Positions 20,501-28,464 of a stretch of 64,000 bases of DNA are shown piece by piece (position 1 is the stretch's first letter; every line of letters starts with the position of its first letter). The stretch is from contig CAYRAM010000002.1 of the NCBI GenBank assembly GCA_964422295.1, forward strand, positions 24,052 through 88,051, given 5' to 3'. The DNA is from an uncultured Planctomycetia bacterium (lineage in GTDB: Bacteria; Planctomycetota; UBA8108; UBA1146). A program made the translations under genes and the position numbers. Below the pieces are notes generated by a model, which was not told the origin of the DNA, did no database searches, and saw only the letters and a list, made by a program, of their open reading frames with translations.

Positions 20501-20647
20501 GTCCACGGCTTGTACACCGGGAACGATACTGATCGCACCGGAGCATTCATCATTGATCGCCTGGGAGAAAAGCGTTGTTGGAACAGTCACTGCGACGACG
20601 CAACTGGTCAGAAGCAGGATCCAATAGAGGGACATCAATGGTTTCAC
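17579..20647 (-). CDS. Large secreted multidomain protein with a duplicated N-terminal Cys-containing domain, a proprotein-convertase-type P-domain and a C-terminal dockerin-like module.
   Basis: Signal peptide 'MKPLMSLYWILLLTSCVVA'. Two repeats of about 110 aa are present ('NDECSGAI...DVWFSL...LTTCD' and 'HDECLDAR...DVWFRW...LKTCE'). A poly-Pro run 'PPPPPPPPG' follows. The P-domain-like segment reads 'SISIPDAGEPLEIPLLVSGD...LQLQTSHPDASQLIVELSAPNGATQVL'. The C-terminus 'CNEDGQVDLGDVLFLLGYQF...CDYNDDGTLDLSDGINLLGYLF...PFNCGEDPTDDNLEC' matches the dockerin-like module. Confidence 0.65.
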   Translation of the reverse strand: MKPLMSLYWILLLTSCVVAVTVPTTLFSQAINDECSGAISIVPGVQAVDTTQATTGTDPIPVDTCPGTFLGGAYFDVWFSLVVPETGLMTLTTCDTVNFDTDVIVYSGSCGNLTPIACHGDSPSCLVQGTTNSWNTVLVDIPVVVGETLLIRIGGWGDQDLGGGTFEVSISPPPPPPPPGIDHDECLDARSAVLGLNRLSTTGATTSPEPYSSITGCNALGQMVADVWFRWVSPGAGFISLKTCEIVDFDTDMVVYSGECDDLSQRACSGDESNCTLQGNGMPSYNSRIEDLSVLEGEVLHFRIGGWGGNDFGSGDLLLEYEPDVISTISATSVPGSWEVEVTAELSGECDALTFSAPGSETTVSGPFFPGDIVSETMPTAANPGTIEVCVTPLFSGQTGYAQCLSTAVLGPITVESCATPSSISIPDAGEPLEIPLLVSGDPAQSVLDVQLQLQTSHPDASQLIVELSAPNGATQVLHNMPQNAAGSGLNLTWWMSGSAPGQIFDDGGYWIPSSGNLYAFTGPLQIGTWILRISDEVAGQVGEVELACLRFFDTTSTPASGQDLIIGNANNVVQVAREGSIASFGMESVICNGGTDPLHWYANPDPRHPMMIFNMFRVDDDRIIQIGGSWAKHGWSSAQADACGFGCQPSPTNQETGIGCSDTYGASGNAAQINMGPRSEIEPWTGSFTWEGSYISQDTGPWNAIEERLSVEDADLDPQQNPGSQLLAEVYVIQPADVDPFTNHAWEPVSISGSPGGTWNIDMTAEAVNSPVQDAWPGAQVVTVSPPGIGDGHLYLASKVTDLGNGTWQYEYALYNLNFGAAIGAFEIPLDPGVEITSPIFHAPLTRSPFYSDTPWEFQQTATGLRWQTWDENSGSVANPLRWGWMYNFGFVADVAPVAAEVFMESQAASPFPILGAIIQAPPPPPDAPQFKRGLCNEDGQVDLGDVLFLLGYQFGGGQPPACFDACDYNDDGTLDLSDGINLLGYLFMGQSPPPDPGPFNCGEDPTDDNLECQEDLPDCL

Positions 20648-20759
20648 AAGTCCTCCTCAAGTTCTTGATTCAGGTATTGTTCGACACGCACCAAGCCGGA
20701 TGCCATTCTACCCTCTCGTTGCCCCTACTTCGACTAGCGCAATTCTCCGAGGGAAATCG

Positions 20760-21926
20760 ATGAAGCCAGACAGTTTGACGATACTTGGTGCAGGGATCAT
20801 CGGCCTGTCGGCGGCGAGGGAAGCCCGTTTGCGTGGACTGGAGGTGAAAGTCTTCGATTCGCGCCCGTCAGGATCCGGGTGCAGTTATGCGGCGACCGGT
20901 GTACTGAAGGCTCCCGAGCATCGGAGATCTCCCTACCTGGATCTGCGTCATCGCAGTTGGGAAGAGTGGCCTGGTTTTGCAGAATCGCTGAAACAGGAGA
21001 GTGGCGGCATCGATGTCGGCTTCAGGAATTGTGGAGGGCTCGATCTACGGGATCAGACGACCCGGGATCCCCACCGCGCTGTCGATCAACTCTACGGTTC
21101 CGGTGGTGCAGTGAGGATCTTGGATTCGGATGAGCTGACAACTCTGCTTCCCGCGATGAAGAGAATTCCTCAGGCGGGAGTCTTCATCGAACATCAATCG
21201 GTGGTAGAGCCCTCCAGTTTGATGGCAGCAATGGAAAAGTCTTGCACCACTCTCGGCGTGGAGATTCACACCGATCAGGGAGAGATCGCTTTGCAGTCGC
21301 TGGGGGATGGACTGCGAGTCATCCGCAAAGACGGGGTGGAATTGGCAAAGGTGTGTGATCGTCACCCCGTAGTGTTGTCGGCGGGGTGGGAGACCTCCGT
21401 CCTCGTCGATCCCTTGCGAGAGAGTCCATTGCCCCTGGAGCCCGTGCGGGGGGAAGCGATTTCACTGAATGTTCCTGCTCCTCCCCACATCGTCACCTTC
21501 GATGCACAGTTGAGGAATGTCCCTGACCCGGCGGGGAACCGTAGCCGTTTCTCTTGGATCCCGGGTCCTCAAGGGGATTCCTGGTTCGGTAACAGTGTGG
21601 GTGAGATGGGTGAAGGCCGTGAGCCGTGTCCCCAACCTACAGCGACCGGTCGTGCACGCTTGGTGGAGGCGGCGGAGTCCTTTTTTGGAGACGGAATCGC
21701 CGACAAGATCACCGGTCACTGGGCAGGGCTTCGGCCCAAATCTCTTCGTCACGGCGGCCCCCTCCTGGGTCCCCTCGATGGGGATCGACGGGTGTGGATC
21801 GCCACGGGTCACTACCGCACAGGTTTGCTGATCGGCCCGTTGACCGCCCGCTGGCTGGTTGAGGATTTGCTGGGTGAGGGTGAAATCCCGGAGGCGTTTT
21901 CGATTCCGCAGGCAAAGCGGGATTGA
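20760..21926 (+). CDS. FAD-dependent oxidoreductase of the DAO family, glycine oxidase ThiO-like.
   Basis: An N-terminal Rossmann dinucleotide motif 'ILGAGIIGLSAAREA' is present, along with a C-terminal DAO-family motif 'GLRP...IATGHYRTGLLIGP'. Confidence 0.7.
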   Translation: MKPDSLTILGAGIIGLSAAREARLRGLEVKVFDSRPSGSGCSYAATGVLKAPEHRRSPYLDLRHRSWEEWPGFAESLKQESGGIDVGFRNCGGLDLRDQTTRDPHRAVDQLYGSGGAVRILDSDELTTLLPAMKRIPQAGVFIEHQSVVEPSSLMAAMEKSCTTLGVEIHTDQGEIALQSLGDGLRVIRKDGVELAKVCDRHPVVLSAGWETSVLVDPLRESPLPLEPVRGEAISLNVPAPPHIVTFDAQLRNVPDPAGNRSRFSWIPGPQGDSWFGNSVGEMGEGREPCPQPTATGRARLVEAAESFFGDGIADKITGHWAGLRPKSLRHGGPLLGPLDGDRRVWIATGHYRTGLLIGPLTARWLVEDLLGEGEIPEAFSIPQAKRD

Positions 21927-21937
21927 TCAGGAGGGGG

Positions 21938-23119
21938 TCAGGAGTCGGACCTCTTCAATTCCTTCAACACGCAGGCTTCAATCTTCTGTCCCCTGCGCAG
22001 AAGAGCGAGGATCCACTCGCCCGCCTCGCCGGAAAATCTGCGTCGTAAGCGGGCAGGGTCCTCCTTGACTCCGCGGGTCTTGATACTGGCCGGTGCGCAT
22101 CCCTGCTGTCGGAACCATTCAACGATCTTCTTTTCATGCCAGCCCATCTGGGCGACAACTGAAAAACTTCTGAACCACGGGCTGGTACGCTGCTCATCCC
22201 CCGCCAGCCAACCGAGTCCCGGATACCACTCCCCTGCAGAGATTTCCGATTGCAGGTGTCCGATGAGGCCGGAGCGCTCGATTGCGGGGCGAGGTTCATG
22301 CAGAAATGCAGGTTGCTTCAACGAACTCTGTTCAAGAGGTTGTAACTCACCACTGATCGTCAAATCGAGATCGACGATGGTTGCCGAACGACGCGAGCCG
22401 GTGGCCAAATCCCCACACCACAAAGTTGCCTCCACGAGGTCAGATCCATCCTGGATCCATTCGACTTCTCCATGAGGAAGTTTTTCTGCATCGATGCCGG
22501 GGCCGCACTTCAATGCCATCGATTTGTGTCGGTCGATCAACTCTTCGATGACTTGGGGACCCGGGATCATGTCTTCATAGGAGTGGAGCCTGTTAGATCC
22601 CTGTCGTCGGGAAGGATCGAGATGCAGTGGATAGGGGGGGAGAGGGAGGGATTCAGCTGTTGCGACCAATGGGTGGATCTGCCCATGCTGAAGATGGCAT
22701 TGAGCGAGATTGAAGCGGGCCAACATCACTCTCAGCGGGTTGCGATCGACATAGATCAGGGGGCCCCCTTCTGCGAGAGCTGCGGCGTCGCTGCCAATTC
22801 CGCAACAGAGATCGATGATGGGGTCGTCGCCGACCTGTCGCCGCAACTTTGCAGCTTTATATTCGGCGACCGTGGATCTTGTTGCTTGTTCTGCCCCCTC
22901 CCGGTCCATGAGCCAGGAGTTCGCATTCTTGAGTCTTCTCTTCGACTTCCTCCTTGCATCCATCACCTCAAGAACGACAGAAACTTCCTCAAGTGTCCCA
23001 GCCTTGCGCAATCGTGATATGGCGGAGACGTCCCCGGGGGGGATGTCCTGGGCCAGCTCCAGAAGCGGAGACAGGTTGCCGCGGATGAGTTTTCTCCAAG
23101 CTTCATTCATGGCAAGCAT
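21938..23119 (-). CDS. Class I SAM-dependent methyltransferase (THUMP-like / RNA methyltransferase-like).
   Basis: SAM motif I 'IIDLCCGIGSDAAALA' and a downstream acidic motif II 'IYVDRNP'. Confidence 0.5.
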   Translation of the reverse strand: MLAMNEAWRKLIRGNLSPLLELAQDIPPGDVSAISRLRKAGTLEEVSVVLEVMDARRKSKRRLKNANSWLMDREGAEQATRSTVAEYKAAKLRRQVGDDPIIDLCCGIGSDAAALAEGGPLIYVDRNPLRVMLARFNLAQCHLQHGQIHPLVATAESLPLPPYPLHLDPSRRQGSNRLHSYEDMIPGPQVIEELIDRHKSMALKCGPGIDAEKLPHGEVEWIQDGSDLVEATLWCGDLATGSRRSATIVDLDLTISGELQPLEQSSLKQPAFLHEPRPAIERSGLIGHLQSEISAGEWYPGLGWLAGDEQRTSPWFRSFSVVAQMGWHEKKIVEWFRQQGCAPASIKTRGVKEDPARLRRRFSGEAGEWILALLRRGQKIEACVLKELKRSDS

Positions 23120-23166
23120 CCTAGAGAAGGACTCATCAATTGAAACAATTTGGTGTCAATTCACTT

Positions 23167-23182
23167 TGTTTGGCTTGCCAAA
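23167..23182. promoter_or_regulatory. Palindromic operator-like site GTTTGGCTTGCCAAAC (copy 1) in the divergent region upstream of the porin-like gene.
   Basis: Perfect 7-2-7 inverted repeat. It is the same motif as at 24540 and 30914. Confidence 0.4.
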
Positions 23183-23277
23183 CAACAGGGGTCAGATTTA
23201 CGCTCTCCCCATCGGCGTCATCCGAGGGTCGCCGGTTTCATTATTTTCAGGACAGGCAGCGAGAGGATCAGCGTTCG

Positions 23278-24417
23278 ATGACGATGCAAAACCTACTGAG
23301 TGGACTTGTTTGCGCACTGATGATCGTGGGAGCTTTCCAAAGTGTCGAAGCGCAGGCAGATCGGAATGACGGCCGCCCTGCTGCCGAAGATGATCGGGAT
23401 ATCCGGGTGGGTGGATACCTCGATCTTGAGTTGTTCATGAATGGAGATCGATTCGATTTCAAGCAGCATCGGTTGGTCCCCATGCTGGATGCCAACATCA
23501 GCGAGAATGTCAGTTTCTCGGCAGAAATCGAGTTTGAGTACGGGGGAGCGAGTGCAGCCCGTGGAGACGGGGAAACCAAGGTGGAGTATGCCTTCGCAGA
23601 TATTGACTTCGATGGCTGGACCCTGAGATCGGGAGCCATCCTGATTCCTCTGGGTTCGACCAATCTCTATCACGATTCTCCGATGCGGCAATTGACCCAG
23701 CGCCCATTTGTTGCAAGAACCATCGTTCCATCGACTCTGACCAGCGCAGGGATGGGGGGAGTCTGGGGAGCCAGTGATGGAACCTGGAATGCGGAAGTTT
23801 ATCTGGTCAACGGGTTTCAGGGGGAGGATGGAGCGGGGGGTTATCTGTTTGATGCCTCCAGTGGAATCCGTGGGGGAAGGCCGAGCCTGAAAACAAATCT
23901 TGGGGATCGTGCTGCGAGTTTTGTTGGCAGATTTGCCTATAGCCCCGCGTTGGGCACCGAAGTCGGTTTCTCGATGTGGAATGGCCCCTGGGATGAAGCA
24001 GGGGATCTGGATTTGGGTATCCAAGTCATCGACATCTCCACAGATCTTGGAACTTGGGCGGACTCCCTGGGGTCGACGATCCTCAATTTTGAAATGGGGC
24101 AGGTTTCCATCGATCGGGATGCTGCGGCGATCGCAGGAGGAGTTCCTGAAACACTGGGCGCCACCTCCCTGGAGATCTCAAAAAGGATGTTCCCTGATTT
24201 TGTCACTCGACTCTGGGGCGAAGATTCCTCCTGCGCATTGACGATACGTTGGGAAGAGGAGGACTTGTCTGGACCGGTCAAGAATCGCATGACTTATGGC
24301 TTCAACATGAGGCCCACCGACGAAACCGTGCTCAAATTCGATTACGAACAGGAATCTGTCGACGGCTCTGAAGATCCGGACGCCACCTTTATCGTCTCCG
24401 CTGCGACCTACTTCTAG
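23278..24417 (+). CDS. Putative outer-membrane beta-barrel porin-like protein.
   Basis: Signal peptide 'LLSGLVCALMIVGAFQSVEA'. The composition alternates hydrophobic and polar residues and is Gly, Asp and Asn rich. It has a C-terminal aromatic end '...SAATYF', typical of an OMP beta-barrel terminal Phe. Confidence 0.45.
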   Translation: MTMQNLLSGLVCALMIVGAFQSVEAQADRNDGRPAAEDDRDIRVGGYLDLELFMNGDRFDFKQHRLVPMLDANISENVSFSAEIEFEYGGASAARGDGETKVEYAFADIDFDGWTLRSGAILIPLGSTNLYHDSPMRQLTQRPFVARTIVPSTLTSAGMGGVWGASDGTWNAEVYLVNGFQGEDGAGGYLFDASSGIRGGRPSLKTNLGDRAASFVGRFAYSPALGTEVGFSMWNGPWDEAGDLDLGIQVIDISTDLGTWADSLGSTILNFEMGQVSIDRDAAAIAGGVPETLGATSLEISKRMFPDFVTRLWGEDSSCALTIRWEEEDLSGPVKNRMTYGFNMRPTDETVLKFDYEQESVDGSEDPDATFIVSAATYF

Positions 24418-24539
24418 GCGGGTTCGACGGCACCTGTAAAGGCATTCAAGGGGCGAATTGACCTCGAATCGCGGTGCTTCAGCCAATTTCAGGGGGGCTG
24501 GAGTAAGAATTCGATCAAAAGCATGGAGTCAAGTCGTTT

Positions 24540-24555
24540 GTTTGGGTTGCCAAAC
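24540..24555. promoter_or_regulatory. Palindromic operator-like site GTTTGGGTTGCCAAAC (copy 2) upstream of the FMN_bind-ApbE / feoB operon.
   Basis: 15 of 16 positions match copy 1. It lies about 80 bp upstream of the ORF at 24633. Confidence 0.4.
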
Positions 24556-24632
24556 GGTACCAATTCGGTTCTATTTGCCTCGGGTTCGCCGATCGGCGCC
24601 CCAAGGATTCATCCCCCCGTGAAAGTTGCTTC

Positions 24633-26270
24633 ATGCGGACCGCATCACACCGTGTCAATTCGACTCACGAACCGTTGTACCCGTGCCGGCTACTTCGGGC
24701 AGGGTCGCAATTGCTATGGGTGAGCATCGTGCTCTTTGCGACTCTGGGGGACACCCGTGCGATGGAATCGATGGTCCCTTCTGAATCGGAACGGAAACCC
24801 GGTGAACTGATTCTCCCCGAGAAGACGTCAGGGAAATTCGATCGAGAAATCCTGCAAGAATTGTGGCCAGGAGAAATCCTCGTCGAAAAGTGTATTGTTC
24901 CAATTGAAGGAGAATTGAAGAGGGCGATCGTTCAGAGATGCAGAGTCAAGACGACGGATCACCTCAGTACGATCTTCAGAATTCGCGATGCCAAGAGTCA
25001 GGAATTGGGACACGTGGTGATTCTTGATGAGATTGGCAAATATCGGCCAATCACCTTTTTTGTTGCCCTCGATGCAAGAGATCATGTCCTCGATCTTCAG
25101 GTATTGGTGTACCGGGAACATATTGGCAAGGAGATTGAGTCTGCACGATTCACACGCCAATTCAGGGATAAACGATCTTCCAGCATCCTGAAATTGCATC
25201 GGGATATCCGCAATTTGTCAGGGGCAACATTGTCGGCTCGCGCTGCAGTTCGAGCGGTGAGAAGAGCCTTGGCCACCGTGGAAGAGGCCGTGCGTGCAGA
25301 CGATGGGCTCCTCTGGCAACGCCATTCGGGACCTGTTCTCACTTACGGAGACCTCGGGGGAGGGGAGCCCTTCTCTGCCTCCGGGATGGAGCCATCGCCT
25401 CCCGCCGAGCAGGAAATCGGCAAGACCTCCGGCAGTACCGTGTCTTTCCGAAACGGTGAAGAGAAATTGATCCAGAGGGCGCGGCCGGCGATGGGAACGA
25501 TCCTGAAAATCGACGTTTTTGGAGATCACGCCCTCGCGGCAGTCGATGCCGCTTTTGCTGAAGTGGAACGCATCGAATCCCTTCACAGCCGTTGGCGACG
25601 CGACAGTGATGTTTGCAAGGTTGAGGCCGCTTCCACCGGGCAAGCCGTCAAAGTTTCTGCTGAGACGATCGAAGTGGTCGAGAGAGCGTTACAAATGTCA
25701 CGGGAGAGTGGCGGCGCTTTCGACCTGACTCTGAAAAAAGACGGATACAAATCGGTCAAGATCGATGCGCACGAGCAAACGATTACTCTGTTGAAGCCTG
25801 AGTTGATCCTCGACCTTGGCGGCATTGGCAAAGGCTATGCCCTCGATAGAGCGGCTGCCATTCTTGAATCTTATGGTTGCTCCAGTGCGCTCCTCGACTT
25901 TGGTGGACAGTTGCTCGCATTGGATCCTCCTCCGGGTGAAGAGGCGTGGCCAGTGGGTATCTTCGACCCACGTGATGGCAGGACGGTCTTGCATCAGTTG
26001 CCTCTGGTGAGGTCATCCCTCGCCACCACGGCGAACTATGAACGAGGAGACCACCTCGTCCATCTCCTCGACAGAGAATCAAGCCACCGTGTTCTGACCA
26101 CGTCAGTCATCTCTGAGAGTGCTACTCAAGCGGACTTGCTCAGTACCACGGTTGCTCTTCTCGATCAGGATCGGGCTCAGATGGTTCTCAACAGTCAGCC
26201 CGGTGCTTCTGCGGTTCTCCTGATTGAAGGAGAGGATGAGCCCAGGTTCATGGGTCGCTCCAAGCGCTGA
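24633..26270 (+). CDS. Membrane-anchored fusion of an FMN-binding domain (flavinylation target) with an ApbE-type FAD:protein FMN transferase.
   Basis: N-terminal TM 'LLWVSIVLFATLG'. The FMN_bind domain carries the flavinylation motif 'DIRNLSGATLSARA'. The C-terminal half has ApbE signatures ('ILDLGGIGKGYALDRAA', 'ALLDFGGQLLAL', 'TSVISESATQADLLSTT'). Confidence 0.7.
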   Translation: MRTASHRVNSTHEPLYPCRLLRAGSQLLWVSIVLFATLGDTRAMESMVPSESERKPGELILPEKTSGKFDREILQELWPGEILVEKCIVPIEGELKRAIVQRCRVKTTDHLSTIFRIRDAKSQELGHVVILDEIGKYRPITFFVALDARDHVLDLQVLVYREHIGKEIESARFTRQFRDKRSSSILKLHRDIRNLSGATLSARAAVRAVRRALATVEEAVRADDGLLWQRHSGPVLTYGDLGGGEPFSASGMEPSPPAEQEIGKTSGSTVSFRNGEEKLIQRARPAMGTILKIDVFGDHALAAVDAAFAEVERIESLHSRWRRDSDVCKVEAASTGQAVKVSAETIEVVERALQMSRESGGAFDLTLKKDGYKSVKIDAHEQTITLLKPELILDLGGIGKGYALDRAAAILESYGCSSALLDFGGQLLALDPPPGEEAWPVGIFDPRDGRTVLHQLPLVRSSLATTANYERGDHLVHLLDRESSHRVLTTSVISESATQADLLSTTVALLDQDRAQMVLNSQPGASAVLLIEGEDEPRFMGRSKR

Positions 26271-26304
26271 TATCAAGGGGACCATCAAACAGGAGGTGGA
26301 GTCG

Positions 26305-28245
26305 ATGAACAGGGAACAGGGCAGAGATACGCTCCGTATCTCCATCGCCGGAAATCCCAATGTCGGCAAATCGACCCTCTTCAATGCCCTCGTTTCGGGG
26401 CGGGCACGAGTTTCCAACTATCCCGGAATCACCGCCGAAGCATTAATCGGCAGAGGGACGTGGGGCGACGTCCAGGTTGAGGTCACCGATCTCCCCGGTT
26501 GTTACGGCATGCAACTCGATCTACCTGAGTCACGGCTCTGTAAAGAACACTTGTCTTCACCGCAAAGACCAGACCTCATCGTCAATTTGATCGATGCGGT
26601 CAGTTTGCGTCGCAACTTGAACATGCTTGCAGAGTGTCTTCAGGAAAATAGTTCTCACATCGTCATGGTGACCCGCACCGATGAGGCCCGACTGAGGGGG
26701 ATCGAGATCGACTTCGACCGCTTCAGCGAGTTGGTCGGCGTGCCGGTGATCGAGTTGGCTCACAGGAGTTCTCACAAGCAAGAACCATTGAAGGAGATAC
26801 TGCTCGAAGCAGCAAACTCTGCTCCTGCAAGGATCGAAGTGGGTGACCCCTCTGAGTGGGGTGACGATGTTGCTGCTGCAGTCACTCGACCCGTCAATCC
26901 CGAAGAAGCCCGCAAGAGGAGAAAGAGGGAGGATCGACTCGATGGTCTTTTGCTGCATCCGATTTGGGGATTGGGATCTTTTCTTCTCATCATGGGATTG
27001 CTTTTTGCCAGCGTATTTTGGTTGGCACAATTTCCCATGGAGTGGCTCGATACTTTCTTTGCGTCAGTCTCGTCGTGGGTGGGATCCAGTATGCCCGAGG
27101 GCGAGGTCAGGGATTTGGTCACGGAGGGAATCATCGGCGGAGTTTCGGGAACGCTGATTTTTCTGCCGCAAGTCTTGCTGCTCTTCTTTCTGATCAGTCT
27201 GCTCGAAGAAACCGGATATTTGGCCAGGGCGGCACTCGTTGCAGACCGCTGGCTGAGACCCTTTGGTTTGCCAGGTCACTCCTTCGTTCCATTGCTCTCC
27301 AGTCATGCCTGTGCCATCCCTGGCATCCTCTGTACCCGGCTCATCCCCGATCGCCGGGACCGATTGGCTGCGATTCTGGTGGCGCCATTCCTCTCATGTT
27401 CAGCGCGGTTGCCGGTATACCAACTCCTGGTGGGATTGCTCTTTCCCGGAAATCCACTCGTCGCAGGAATGGCGTTTGTGGGCTGTTATCTCCTGGGCGC
27501 ATTGGCCGCCATCATGACCGCGTTTCTGGTCCGTCAGTTTTTGCTTCCAGGACGCAGCCCCAATCTCATTCTTGAGCTTCCTCCCTTCCAGAGGCCATCG
27601 ATGTTGGGCTCCCTCCATACCGCTGGGCACCGGGGCTGGCTCTTCATCAAAAATGCGGGAAGCGTCATCCTGTTGATGTGCATCATATTGTGGTGGTTGG
27701 GGAGTTACCCAAAGGTGGGAGAGAGTCCCCAGGTGGTCGATTTACGTGCGCAAGCGGCGGCGACCGCCACAGCAGAGGACGCACTTGCGGTAGGGATGGA
27801 AGCGGATGCTCTTGCCGCAAAAGAGAGTACTTCCGCTTCATACCTGGGACAGATCGGAAAAACAGTGGAGCCGATCTTTGCACCGATCGGTGCCGATTGG
27901 CAATTGTCGATCTCGGTGATGGCGAGTTTTGCGGCTCGGGAAGTGTTCGTATCAGCCACAAGCGTTATTCTCGGCACAGGCGAGGAAGGTGATGCGCAAA
28001 CATTGATGGAGAAGATCGAAAATTCAACAAGAGACGATGGTGCACCCCTTCTGACTCCTTCAGCGGCAGCGGGACTGCTGGTGTTCTTTGTGCTCGCGAT
28101 GCAGTGTCTGCCGACCCTCGCAGTGACCCGCAAGGAGGCGGGTGGATGGAAGTGGGCATTACTGCAATTCTTGTGGATGAGTGTCCTTGCTTGGAGCTTG
28201 GCAGCATTGACCCGGGGTATTCTCAAGTTTTCAGGAGTGGAATAA
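26305..28245 (+). CDS. feoB: Ferrous iron transport protein B.
   Basis: G-domain 'ISIAGNPNVGKSTLFNALVSG', 'DLPGCY' and 'NLID' motifs, followed by the polytopic membrane domain. The ATG at 26305 is preceded by AGGAGGTGGA. Confidence 0.9.
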   Translation: MNREQGRDTLRISIAGNPNVGKSTLFNALVSGRARVSNYPGITAEALIGRGTWGDVQVEVTDLPGCYGMQLDLPESRLCKEHLSSPQRPDLIVNLIDAVSLRRNLNMLAECLQENSSHIVMVTRTDEARLRGIEIDFDRFSELVGVPVIELAHRSSHKQEPLKEILLEAANSAPARIEVGDPSEWGDDVAAAVTRPVNPEEARKRRKREDRLDGLLLHPIWGLGSFLLIMGLLFASVFWLAQFPMEWLDTFFASVSSWVGSSMPEGEVRDLVTEGIIGGVSGTLIFLPQVLLLFFLISLLEETGYLARAALVADRWLRPFGLPGHSFVPLLSSHACAIPGILCTRLIPDRRDRLAAILVAPFLSCSARLPVYQLLVGLLFPGNPLVAGMAFVGCYLLGALAAIMTAFLVRQFLLPGRSPNLILELPPFQRPSMLGSLHTAGHRGWLFIKNAGSVILLMCIILWWLGSYPKVGESPQVVDLRAQAAATATAEDALAVGMEADALAAKESTSASYLGQIGKTVEPIFAPIGADWQLSISVMASFAAREVFVSATSVILGTGEEGDAQTLMEKIENSTRDDGAPLLTPSAAAGLLVFFVLAMQCLPTLAVTRKEAGGWKWALLQFLWMSVLAWSLAALTRGILKFSGVE

Positions 28246-28250
28246 TCACA

Positions 28251-28367
28251 GTGACCTTCGATGATCCGCAGTTCATATTTGTGACGCTATTGGCCATTGT
28301 TGCAGTGGTAGTTCTCTTATGGAGACGGGGTGGTGGTTCATCCGACGATTGCGGTTCCTGCTCTTAA
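28251..28367 (+). CDS. FeoB-associated Cys-rich small membrane protein (tentative).
   Basis: About 38 aa immediately after feoB: one TM 'FIFVTLLAIVAVVVLLW' followed by 'RRGGGSSDDCGSCS'. GTG start with a modest RBS. Confidence 0.35.
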   Translation: MTFDDPQFIFVTLLAIVAVVVLLWRRGGGSSDDCGSCS

Positions 28368-28464
28368 TGAAACGTGATTCCTCGCGGTCGTATGGTATCG
28401 TATCCGTGGTCAGGTTGCCCCGAGGGGCCTGATCTCAGCAAGTTGATATTGAGAAAGGAATCCC

